A stretch of DNA of 64,000 bases from Candidatus Dojkabacteria bacterium (GTDB taxonomy: Bacteria; Patescibacteriota; Dojkabacteria; SC72), in assembly GCA_012842045.1 (NCBI GenBank), contig DUTP01000003.1, positions 130,532 through 194,531 of the forward strand, given 5' to 3'. This document shows positions 28,997-39,800 of this stretch, in pieces. The first letter of the stretch is position 1, and every line of letters begins with the position of its first letter. The notes beneath the pieces were generated by a model that searched no databases, had not been told where the DNA came from, and saw only the letters and a program-made list of their open reading frames with translations. A program made the translations under genes and the position numbers.

Positions 28997-30049
28997 ATGA
29001 AAAACTTAAAGATTGAGGAGAACACCTCATTAAAAAACTACAATACATTTAAAGTAGATGTAACAGCTAAATATCTAGCAATACCTCAAACAATTGAAGA
29101 GATCAAAGAGGTTTTAGAAAAGTTCAAAGATGAAAAACTAATTATCCTCGGAGGTGGAAGCAACACATTGTTCACAAAAGATTGGAATGGACTAGTACTC
29201 ATTCCTAAATTAAAGGGAATAAATGTAGTTAAAGAAGAAGAAAAACATGTATATGTTCAAGCTAGTGCAGGGGAGATCTGGGATGAATTTGTAAGATGGT
29301 GTGTTAAGAATGACTATGCTGGAATTGAAAACATGGTAATGATACCAGGTACTGTTGGAGGTGGTGTATCTCAAAATATCGGTGCATATGGACAAGAGAT
29401 AAGTAAGGTTATTGAAAAGATAAATATTCTAGATATCAAAACATTCGAAGAGAAGGTTATAAAACCAGAAGAGTGTGGATATGGATATAGAAAAAGCAAT
29501 TTTAAGAACATATGGCAAAACAAATACCTAATTACATCAACAATATTCAAACTAACAAAACATACAAAAGAATTTGAACTTAGCTACCATGAAAGAGCAG
29601 GAAGATATGGGTCTCTAAAAGAAGAATTAGACTCTTTTGCTAAAGAACCATACAGTATTCAAGAAGTTATGGAAGCTATCATTAGGCAGAGAGGAAAGAG
29701 ATTACCTAGTGTAGAAGAATATGGAACAGCTGGAAGTTTCTTTGCTAATCCAATTGTAACTGTAGAGAAATTTAATGAGCTATCTAAAATAATAGAGGAA
29801 CTTCAATCATACCCTGCAGAAGGATACAGTGAAGAGTATCTAAAGATTCCTGCTGGAAGATTACTAGATGAGCTAGGTTGGAAAGGAAAGAAGATTGGTA
29901 ATGTAGCAACATTTGAAAGACATGCACTCTGTGTAGTAACAAATATGAAAGCAACAGGAAAGGAGATACTAGACTACATCAAAGCAATGAAAAAGAGTGT
30001 AATGGATGAATATGGAGTAGAACTAATTAGTGAGGTAAACATTGTCTAA
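28997..30049 (+). CDS. murB: UDP-N-acetylenolpyruvoylglucosamine reductase
   Basis: FAD-binding LGGGSN, GIENMVMIPGTVGGGVSQNIGAYG, AGSFFANP, AGRLLDELGWKG. Confidence 0.85.
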   Translation: MKNLKIEENTSLKNYNTFKVDVTAKYLAIPQTIEEIKEVLEKFKDEKLIILGGGSNTLFTKDWNGLVLIPKLKGINVVKEEEKHVYVQASAGEIWDEFVRWCVKNDYAGIENMVMIPGTVGGGVSQNIGAYGQEISKVIEKINILDIKTFEEKVIKPEECGYGYRKSNFKNIWQNKYLITSTIFKLTKHTKEFELSYHERAGRYGSLKEELDSFAKEPYSIQEVMEAIIRQRGKRLPSVEEYGTAGSFFANPIVTVEKFNELSKIIEELQSYPAEGYSEEYLKIPAGRLLDELGWKGKKIGNVATFERHALCVVTNMKATGKEILDYIKAMKKSVMDEYGVELISEVNIV

Positions 30050-31662
30050 AGACCCCTCACATGTCTTAAGAGTAGTTTTCTAATGTCTCTCAGCTTCGAG
30101 ACAGATGCTTCTATAATAGATACTGTGTCTACAAATGTATTTCCATGATATTTACCTTCTTCTTGTAGCTTCTGTACATGGGAATTAAAAGCACTGTTTA
30201 CGATAGAGTAGATTTCCTCTTCCTTTTCCTTAATCTTCATCAACTCCTTCTCCTTTGGTGATAGAACTTGCTCCTTTATCAAATCAAAAAGTACCATCAA
30301 CTTATTAAACATCTCAGTAATCTTCTCTATCTGTACATCATCTTTTGAAATTCCCCTTTTATGTAACTTAGTAAAAACATTCTCCAAATCTAAAGCTAAA
30401 TCTCCCAATTGTTCAATTGTATTTGACACCTTCACAAGAGTTACGGTTTCTTTTGCTCTCTTCTTATCTAATTGGTGCTCAGAGAGAGAGAGCAAAGCCG
30501 CAGTAATTTCATCATCCAGATAGTCATTTAATGTCTCAAATTTATCAATATCTATAGATGTAACAGGAGAGGGATCATAGTACATGCTTAGTGCTTTCTT
30601 GTATATTTTCTGTGTATTCTCAAGAGAGTATGCTATTTCTTTTTTAATATCCAACAATCTTCCTTTCAAACCCTTTTTCTTCTTCATTTCAATATACTTA
30701 GTCTCAAAGAGTATCTCCTCTTCCTCTCCAGGTACTATCTTCTCTATGAATTTCTCAAAAGGTGTTAAGAATATTAAGAAGACTAAAGAGTTGATTAAAT
30801 TAAAAAGTAAATGTCCAAGTGCAACCTGCTGTGCCGAGTTAGAGGTAAGAGATTCAAGTAACGATATGAAAGATGGTACAAAGAGCATAAAAGCAAGAGT
30901 CCCTACAACCCTAAACACTACATTTGCATATCCTGCTCTCTTACCAAAAAGATTTAAATCTTTAGAAACCAAGAATGTTGAAATACCTGTACCTAGGTTA
31001 GCTCCAAGAACCATAGGTATTGCTATCTCCACAGGTATAATACCTTGTGCTACTAAAACAACTAGAAGACCTGATGTAATAGAGCTTGAGTGTACCAACA
31101 TTGTAAAGAGACAAGATACTGTGTATGAAACTAATGGGTTAGAAAGATAGCTAAAAAGATTAACAAATGCAGGATTTGTTTTTAAAGGTTCAATACTGGT
31201 TGTAATAATATTTAATGCAAACAATACAAAACCTAAGAAGAATACAGATTTACTAATCTCTTTAAACTTAGGACCTAAAAATCTCAATAGAAAACCAATG
31301 ATTAGAATAATTGCACCAATTGATGTAGAGGAAACCAGAGCCAACTGTGCAGTAATTGTTGTTCCAATACTACTACCAAATATTATTCCTAAACTACTTC
31401 TAAAAGATATTACTCCTAGATTAACCAAGGATATAGCTATGGCTGTAACAGCAGAGCTAGATTGAACAAATGCTGTAAAAACCGCACCTACAAGTGCTCC
31501 TGAGAACCTATTCTTTACAAATACAGATATTTTCTTTCTAAAACCTTCTGTAGCTACTTTTTGTAGCTGAGAACTTAGACTTTCAATAGCAAAAAGAAAT
31601 AGAATTACAGAAGATATCGCTATTAAAACAATATTTAAATATTCAGATTGGAGCAGATTCAT
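30046..31662 (-). CDS. Na+/phosphate symporter (NptA family) with C-terminal PhoU-like domain
   Basis: Duplicated Na_Pi_cotrans membrane repeats (QSSSAVTAIAISL, HSSSITSGLLVVL), cytoplasmic helical C-terminal half. Confidence 0.8.
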   Translation of the reverse strand: MNLLQSEYLNIVLIAISSVILFLFAIESLSSQLQKVATEGFRKKISVFVKNRFSGALVGAVFTAFVQSSSAVTAIAISLVNLGVISFRSSLGIIFGSSIGTTITAQLALVSSTSIGAIILIIGFLLRFLGPKFKEISKSVFFLGFVLFALNIITTSIEPLKTNPAFVNLFSYLSNPLVSYTVSCLFTMLVHSSSITSGLLVVLVAQGIIPVEIAIPMVLGANLGTGISTFLVSKDLNLFGKRAGYANVVFRVVGTLAFMLFVPSFISLLESLTSNSAQQVALGHLLFNLINSLVFLIFLTPFEKFIEKIVPGEEEEILFETKYIEMKKKKGLKGRLLDIKKEIAYSLENTQKIYKKALSMYYDPSPVTSIDIDKFETLNDYLDDEITAALLSLSEHQLDKKRAKETVTLVKVSNTIEQLGDLALDLENVFTKLHKRGISKDDVQIEKITEMFNKLMVLFDLIKEQVLSPKEKELMKIKEKEEEIYSIVNSAFNSHVQKLQEEGKYHGNTFVDTVSIIEASVSKLRDIRKLLLRHVRGL

Positions 31663-31713
31663 ACTTTAATTTATCATATTGATAAATCTTTTCCAACAAG
31701 GTAGAGTATTAAT

Positions 31714-32334
31714 ATGAAAAGATGGTTGAAGAAGGGAAACAAAATTGTAACGTTGTTAACTCTTGCTGATGTATTTACATGGGGACCTTTCCTTATCATT
31801 ACTTCACTTTCTGGTGTCTATCTTTCAACTAGATTAGGTGTAGATGCTGTAAAGTTTGTAGGTATCGGTACTGCAATATATTTCACTACTAGAGCAATTT
31901 TCCAAATACCAATGGGCACACTAACAGACAAGATTAAGGGAGATAAGGATGAAATACTACTTTTAGCCGTAGGGATCATATTAATGGGTCTACCTTACAC
32001 TATGTACCCATTGATTTCACAACCGATTCATTACTATATCCTTCAATTTGTTTTTGGTTTAGGAGCTTGTTTTAATGTTACAAATTGGAGAAAGCTCTTT
32101 GCAATGAATGTAGATAGTGGTATAGAGGGATTTCAGTATGCATTCTACGAAACCCTCATTAGCTTTAGTACTGCAGTTATCAGTTTACTAGTAGGATCAT
32201 TGGCTAGCTTAGGACAGACACATTTTGATATTATTATGATGGCCTCTGGATGCATTATGATGGCAGGAAGCATTTGGGCTCTCTTTATATATTCTGTTAA
32301 GACAAGAAAAAGTAATATTAAAAAGAAGAAATAA
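31714..32334 (+). CDS. small polytopic membrane protein (about 6 TM; possibly a half-size MFS-like transporter)
   Basis: Hydropathy pattern only. Confidence 0.4.
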   Translation: MKRWLKKGNKIVTLLTLADVFTWGPFLIITSLSGVYLSTRLGVDAVKFVGIGTAIYFTTRAIFQIPMGTLTDKIKGDKDEILLLAVGIILMGLPYTMYPLISQPIHYYILQFVFGLGACFNVTNWRKLFAMNVDSGIEGFQYAFYETLISFSTAVISLLVGSLASLGQTHFDIIMMASGCIMMAGSIWALFIYSVKTRKSNIKKKK

Positions 32335-32751
32335 ATGGATAACAAGAAAGGAGTTATAGGAATAGGAGTTTTACTTTTTTTACTAATTGTAGTTGGAGGT
32401 ATTCTCTACCAAGTATTTTTTGTTAAAGATAGGGTTGATGATGTTGATAATAGTAAAACAACAGAGAATTTAAGAATAGAAGATAGAAAGGATGGTTTTG
32501 ATTTTGTAGCAGAATATACCAAAGAAAATACTTGGGAATATACTGTAAAAGGACAATTACCATCTCCATGTCATAAGACATCTGTAGAAACATTAATTTT
32601 AGAATCATACCCTGAACAGGTGTCTGTTGTTTTGAAGATAACAACTCCGGAGCCAGATGTTGCCTGTATTCAAGTAATTGAGGAGTTTGAAGAGAAAGGT
32701 ACATTTACAGCAAGTGAGAAGGCAAAAGTCTCTTTTTCGGTTATGAAGTAG
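32335..32751 (+). CDS. hypothetical membrane-anchored protein
   Basis: N-terminal TM VIGIGVLLFLLIVVGGILY. Start ATG overlaps the previous stop (ATAAATG). Confidence 0.45.
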   Translation: MDNKKGVIGIGVLLFLLIVVGGILYQVFFVKDRVDDVDNSKTTENLRIEDRKDGFDFVAEYTKENTWEYTVKGQLPSPCHKTSVETLILESYPEQVSVVLKITTPEPDVACIQVIEEFEEKGTFTASEKAKVSFSVMK

Positions 32752-33135
32752 TTAAACTACTGTTTCCCAAAGACCATGTAGATTGCAATATTCTCTAACT
32801 CTTAATTCACCAATTTTTTCAAAAAGGAATTCTGCTTTAGGTTCTTGATTTGGTTTAAGAAAGACTTTTTTACTTTCATCTCCATTTATTACTTCAATCC
32901 ACTCAATGTAGTGTATTTCTTCCATAGGGTGGGGGACAGAACCAACTTCTACAATAACTTTGTTTCCTTCAACCTTTACAACAGGGAGATGCTTTTCATT
33001 ACCTTCTTCTTCTTTTTTCTCTTCAAAAAGAACCATATCTTGAGCACAACATACTAATGTTCCTGCTCCTTCATGTAGTACTTCTACAATATTTCCACAA
33101 ATGTTACATTTGTATACTTGATGTCTTTTTGTCAT
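32752..33135 (-). CDS. dfx: desulfoferrodoxin (2Fe superoxide reductase)
   Basis: Centre I YKCNICGNIVEVLHEG...LVCC. Centre II HPMEEIHYIEW and EYCNLHGLW. Confidence 0.85.
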   Translation of the reverse strand: MTKRHQVYKCNICGNIVEVLHEGAGTLVCCAQDMVLFEEKKEEEGNEKHLPVVKVEGNKVIVEVGSVPHPMEEIHYIEWIEVINGDESKKVFLKPNQEPKAEFLFEKIGELRVREYCNLHGLWETVV

Positions 33136-33207
33136 ATATATTAACTAACAATTTAATTAGCTAGTTTTAGTATACATGATTGTGTATGGAAAACGAAGAG
33201 AAGGATA

Positions 33208-33876
33208 TTACTTCTGAATAATAGGTTCTTGAGAGTCTCTGTAAGCGATAACTATTGTTCTCTTCCAGTCTGTACCTGCAGGATAGCAGGTCATTAAGGT
33301 TAGAGTATCCTCATCAGAGTACTTACTTAGATATTTAACATCATCTCTGTTAACAATCTTTACCTCTTGAACTCTGTATTTGTAGATAATACCGTTATAG
33401 CTTACAAATATTTCATCATCTTTCTTTAACTCATGAAGGAGATAGAAGTATACATCGTATTTGTTTCTTTCATAGAAATTGACTGCTGAGTGTGCAAAGA
33501 GAAATACATTACCTTTCTGGTCTGGTGTTACTGTACCTTTAGCATGTGCAATCCCTGTTTCTAATGCTTTAATATATTCAGCTTCTTTGTATGGACTTAC
33601 ATTAGCAACTACTGATGCATTTGATTTAATCTTTGGAATATACAAACCAAACTTTGAATCTAGGATTACTTCTTTTGTTTCTGGTTTAATCTCTTTAGTA
33701 ATATCTCCATCCTTAGAGAGAACTACATTGCTTGTTGATGGTTCTGAAAATCTATATTGCGATATCTTAGCCTTGATTACTGGCCAATATGTCAAAAGAA
33801 GGGCAGTGAGGCCTAGTAGGAGTAATATTACTCCTACTAGAACCTTTTTGTTAATTACTCTTTTGTTTTCTGACAT
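33208..33876 (-). CDS. sortase-family transpeptidase
   Basis: N-terminal TM, VFLFAHS (catalytic His region), TLTLMTCYP (TLxTC Cys motif). Lies immediately downstream of the LPVTG giant protein, with which it overlaps. Confidence 0.8.
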   Translation of the reverse strand: MSENKRVINKKVLVGVILLLLGLTALLLTYWPVIKAKISQYRFSEPSTSNVVLSKDGDITKEIKPETKEVILDSKFGLYIPKIKSNASVVANVSPYKEAEYIKALETGIAHAKGTVTPDQKGNVFLFAHSAVNFYERNKYDVYFYLLHELKKDDEIFVSYNGIIYKYRVQEVKIVNRDDVKYLSKYSDEDTLTLMTCYPAGTDWKRTIVIAYRDSQEPIIQK

Positions 33877-36800
33877 AGAATGCTACTCCTCCAATGACTA
33901 CAACTACTATTACCCAGAAGTACCATTTACTTAAAATATTCTTTCCTGTTTCCTTAATATCTACTTTCTCTTTACCTTCTTCAGTCTTCTTTACTTCTGT
34001 ATCTTCACCTTCTGTAATGTCATCTGTCTCACCTGCAACTTCTCCTTCTTTCTTTGTATCTGTTTGACCAGCTACTTCTCCTTCTGTTGGAGTTGTTGTG
34101 GCTGTTGTTCCTGTACCTGTTGTTGCTGGAACTTCTTCAGCTACAACTTCTGGGTCTGATACTATTGTAGATACGTTTCCAACTGCATCTACTGTTCTAA
34201 GAGCATAGTAGTATATTTTTCCTGTTTCTGCAGTTGTATCTGTCCATGAGTATTCGGTGTTTGGTGATACATTCTCGGTATGAACCCATGTGCTTTTATT
34301 TGCAGTATATTTAGGAGTTGTAGATCTGTGAATTTCAACCTTCACAACCTTTGCATCATTTCCTGTTTTGAACTTAATCACATTACCTGCCTTTGAGTAG
34401 TCAATTACAGGTGATGGTTTTACTAAGTCTACAACAACTATTGCATCTTCTGATTTTTGTTCACCAGAAGCAGATTTTGCAATGACATAGAAAGTATATG
34501 TTCCACTTGCATCTACTGTTGCTGGACAATTTCCTGCATTTGCATTAGGAATTGTTTTGAACAATGTACCATCTTTGTAACATTCTACTGTAACCTCTTT
34601 GTTGTTAAGGTCTAGTGCTACAAATCCAACATTAAAGCTAGTCTTGTTTGTTGGAGTTGCAGGTTGCATGATTCTTACCTTAATACTATCTGCTGCTAAT
34701 ACTCTGTTAGGAGTAAGTAGTGTAACAAATGATAGTGCCATTAAACCAGTAAGAAGAGCATAGCTTAACTTCTTGAATGGTTTAAGGAGTAGGGTGATTG
34801 CACCTAAGATCATCATAATTAATGCTCCTAATGTTAGATATGTACTTGCACCTGTTACTGGTAGAGTAATGGATGCACCTAATACTTCTCCTTCTTCTGT
34901 TTCAACTGGTTCTGTAATTGTTACATTTGTTCCTACAAATGGTGTTAGTGGGTCTACAACAGAAGCACCTAGTACTGCACCATCTATTAGTGATGTACCT
35001 GCTACCCATGCAATGTCTGGATAGTTACCTGGGTCTTGTTTGTCAAAAATCTTAGTCTGGTATGTTAATACAACTACATCTCCTTCTTTCATACCTCCAA
35101 TCATCCACTGTGCTGCATTCTCTCCATCGTATGTTGGTTCTGGAACTTCACCTGTAATATCAACACTGTTTTTCTCTACTGTCCATGAGCCAAGCATATA
35201 TTCAAATCCTGCTGGAGCAATGTCAGAAACTATTACATTGTTTAGAATGTATGTTCCTTCCCCTCCATCATCAGGTGCTGTTACTGTAATTGTGTATGTA
35301 ACAATATCACCTGCTGATAATGCAACAACTGCATCATTACTCTTTTCGATTTGTAGGATTGGATCAATTACTTTGTTGATACACTCAACCTCAAGAGTTT
35401 GATTACTTCCTAATGTAACCTCACCATCATCTGTACATCCTCCAAAGGTGTATCCTTCTTTTGGTGTTTCTGTGAATGTATGAACACCTGGCTGTAATCC
35501 TTCAAATATTGCTGGTTGCTTACCATTTGCTGTATCTGCAATCTGTTTTGTTTCTGCACCTAAGACAACATCAAACTGATCATCTGAGAATATATCCCCA
35601 TCTACATCCTCTCCTTCACTGTTCACTACATCCTTTGTAACTATTAATGTAGCTGGTAGTTGTGCATTCTTACATGTTACTCTGTATCTTCCACCACTTC
35701 TTACTCGGTAATTTTCGAATAAAACCTCTTCACCATTTGATTGCAATACAGTACAACCTAGATTCTCGTAATCTTCATCTGATAACTCCGATACTGTATA
35801 TCTTCCCATCTCATTTATCTTGTATTCTACTTTTGTTCCTTCTGCAATTTGTCCTTCTCCAATTTGATTACCATCGCTATCTGAAAGAATTGATGTAAAT
35901 TCTGTTGGATCTTTTACCTCTTCACCATTGATACCAACAACATCCTTAGTTACTTCGATTGTTGCTGTCTTCTGTTTATTTGTACATACAACATCATATT
36001 TACCACCACTTCTTACCGAGTAGTTAGTAAATGGAACTTCATTACCTTCTAACAATATTGTACAACCTAGATTCTCAAAGAATTGGCTATATGGTTCAGA
36101 TATTGTGTATAGACCCATTGTGTTGATTGTATATGTTGCTGGTGGTAATGCTTCTCCTATCTTCTGTTCTTCTGCAACTTGATTACCATCCTCATCTGTA
36201 AGAATAGATTTGAAATGTGTTGTGTCAACCACATCTTTACCATTAACATCAACTACATTCTTGGTAACATTAATGGTTGCTGGTTTCTGTGCATTCTTAC
36301 ATACTACATTGTATGTCTCACCACTTCTTACTGAGTAATTAGTAAATTCTTTCTTACCAATGAAGCATCCCAGAGTTGTATAATTCTCATCTTCTACTTC
36401 TGATATGGTATGCTTACCATTTACAACCTTGTATGTAGCTATTGTTCCCTCTGCAATTGTTTTACCAGTATCCTCATTGTTGTTAAGAAGTGCTGTAAAC
36501 TCATGTGTATCTACCACATTTGTTTTTCCATCAACTCCAACAACATCTTTAGTTACATTTATTGTTGCATCTTTGAAGTTACCAAAGTTTACAAATATCC
36601 TAACATCCCCAGCTGCAATTGTAATTGGAGCTGGATTAGCAGATGTTTGAGTCCAACCATCTTTCTGTACTTCACGAATTATATATGTTTCGCCTACTGG
36701 TAGGTTATTGAACTCGTAGTATCCTAATATGTTTGTTTTGGTAAATCTTTCTCCTATATCCAAAACACCATTATCATTTTTATCAATGAAGATTGTCCAT

Positions 36801-39800
36801 CCTCTTAATGGTAATTCTGAGAATAGTGGTAACACATCCCACTTTCCATTACCATTTCTATCCTCATATTTGAAACCTGAGATACTACCTAATTTTTCAT
36901 TAGTAAATGTACATGTTACTGTTTCATTATCTCCAACCTTGATGTTTGCTGTATATCCATCTTTAACACTATCAGTATCATCACATACTAGAGATTTTAG
37001 ATTCCAACCTTTTACAGACTGTTCTGTTACAGAGTAATCTCCTGGAATTACTATCTTTTGAATAGTTCCATTATTACCAATTGTTCCAGTTAAATCTCCT
37101 GTAAATGTAAATTTAGTCTTATCTCCTCTAGGTTCAACTAATTTCTTGATAATTATTTTACCGTGTGTACTTCTATTTGTGATTGTACATACTTTGTTAT
37201 CACCAACATTTAGTGTAACATCTCCATCTAAATCACAATCACCACTAAATGTTGCCACATACCCATCAAGATTATCTTCACTTACAGTGTAGTCACCTGC
37301 ATTAAACTTGTTAACTTCTCCATTAGTTACCTTATTACCTGAGACATATAGTGTGAAGTCTGATACTTGTTTATCTCCATATGTTCCGTTATCAACAACT
37401 TTCTTTACAGTTAGTGTTGGCTGAATATCATTATTAACAATAGTACAAGTTACATCTTCACCTTCTGGTAGTGTAAAGACACCATTACTACCAAGAGAAC
37501 ATTCTAAGCTCTCCATGTCATATCCTGTACCTGCAACTGTCTCAGATAGTGTGTATTCCTTATTAACATCACCAAATACTGTAGCAGTGTAGGTTGTTGT
37601 ATCACCTTCCTTAACACCTGCGTCAAATTCTAATGTTGAGTCGGTTAGGGTGATATTAAAGTCATCTACTGTTGCTGTACCACCATGATCATTAATTACT
37701 TTCTTGATTACAGTAATCTTAGACTGAGAGTCACTATTTGTAATTGTACAAGTCTTATTCTCACCAGAATTTAATGTAATCTTTCCATCAGCACTACAAT
37801 CTCCACCCCAAGTTGATGCTGTATATCCATCTAATTGATCTTCACTTACTGTATATTCAACTCCTGAGTTAACTTTGTGAGCTTTACCACTTGTTACTTC
37901 AGTATCTCCAATGTAGAGTTTAAAGTCTGCTACCTGTTTTAAGCCTCCATGATTGTTCTCAACTGTCTTCACAAGTGTAAGAGTTGGTTGTATCTCTGTA
38001 TTCTTAATTGTACATACAGTAGTCTGACCAACTTCAAGAGTTATCTGATTATTATCATTTACAATAATATCATTGGTACAATCCCAGTCACCTGCTTCAT
38101 ATCCTGAGATACCTTCCTTAGCAGTTTCACTTAATGTATATGTACCTGCTTTGAAGTTATCCTTACTCTTTACTCCACTATCACCAGAGATTGTTGTTGG
38201 ACCTGTTGCTGTTAATGTCCAATCTGTAATTTGTGCACTGCCACCATATTTATTATCAACCTCTTTAACTAATTCTAATGAAGGTGCAATGTCATCATTA
38301 GTTATTGCACAGGTTACTTTTTGACCTTCTGTTAAAGAGAACTGATAACCACCAATAATCTTCCCTGTCTTATCATCTGTACAACTCCATTTTCCTTCCT
38401 TGTAACCAGGATGATCAATCTCCTCCAACTCATATTTTGTATTAGATTTTACTTCTGGAGTAGCAAAATAAGTATATGTATATTTTCCTACCTCTCCTGG
38501 CCATGTTTTAAATTTTAATTCATCACCATTTAATTTAATTTCAAAATCATTTGCTGTTGCTGTTCCTCCATTATCATTAACTACCTTCTTAATTACTGTT
38601 AGGGTTGGTGCTACATCATCATTTGTAATTGTACAAACAGCTTCTTTACCTTTTTCAACTACTATCTTGTCACAATTATCATATGTAGTGGTATATCCTC
38701 TTGTATTTGCCTCTGGCTCAATAATAGAGTAGATACCTGTTGGATATTTCTCAAATCTATTTTCACCTAATAGTGGATTTGTAGGGTCTTGATCAAAGCC
38801 AACACCTTTACTGGTGCCAATCTTAAATGAGAACTCTCCTGCCTTTAATTTACCACCATTGTCATTAATAACTTCCTTTCTAACTATTAATGTACCTGTG
38901 TCTCTGGTATTAGTAAATCTACATAGTATTTTATCTCCTGAGTTTATTGTTAACTTTGTACCCTCTGTTTTTTCTTCAAAGAATTTTACCCCACCATTAT
39001 CACACATCATTGATTTAACAGTATAACCATCTTTCTGGACTTCTGAGATAGTATATGTACCAGGCATAATTTCCATAGGTTTTTCCTCTTTACCAAACAT
39101 CTTGTACTCCTTATCATCCAACTTCCATGTCCAGTCTGTTACATATCTCTCATCTACTTCTCCATCACCATCTATATCTACAAATTTAATGACTTCAATA
39201 GTTGGTTTTTCAATATTGATAAAGTCAACATTCTTTTTATCTTCACCTGCAGAAAGTTTAATTGTCCAAGCTGTACTAGTACCTGGTAAGACAATCCAAC
39301 CAACTTTCATTACTTCAACAATTCTATATTCACCTGGCTCTAATCCTGTAAATGAATATGAACCATCAAGAGCTGTCTCTGTAGATTTCTCACCTGGATC
39401 CAATACTCCATTTTTGTTTGTATCAATAAAGATTGTATATTTGTATACAGGTTTTCTATCTTTTGTTGTACTAGCCAAGCCATCTAAATCATGATACTTA
39501 TGACCTGAGATAGAGCCATACTTTGTATTTGTGAAAGTACAGGTTACTGATTTACCTGCTTCCAATACAATGTTATCTATTGTATTGTTACCTGTACAAG
39601 AGTAAGTTGTTTTCCAATCATCACTATAATCATCCTCTGCAACTGCATATTTACCAGCTTTCAAACTAAATGTTTTACTTGCATCTTCTGTATCTGAATT
39701 ATCTACTAAATTAAATTCTTCATTAACACTATGATCTCCTGTAAGAGTAAATCCGAATGACTCAGTACCGTATGGTAATGCTTTCTTAACAATGGTTAAT

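Noticed and set aside
30584-31150. 188-aa plus-strand ORF, and many other antisense ORFs (for example 867-1226, 6924-7232, 11488-12018, 34773-35402, 36405-37037, 44975-45610)
   Set aside because: They lie entirely inside well-supported genes on the opposite strand or frame, with low-complexity or odd composition. They are shadow ORFs.
34739-34741. Internal Met (MALSFVTLLTPNRVLAADS) as the start of a separate downstream gene within the giant ORF
   Set aside because: There is no stop codon between KPFKK and this Met and no convincing RBS upstream. Kept as one ORF, with the fusion alternative reported as a finding.
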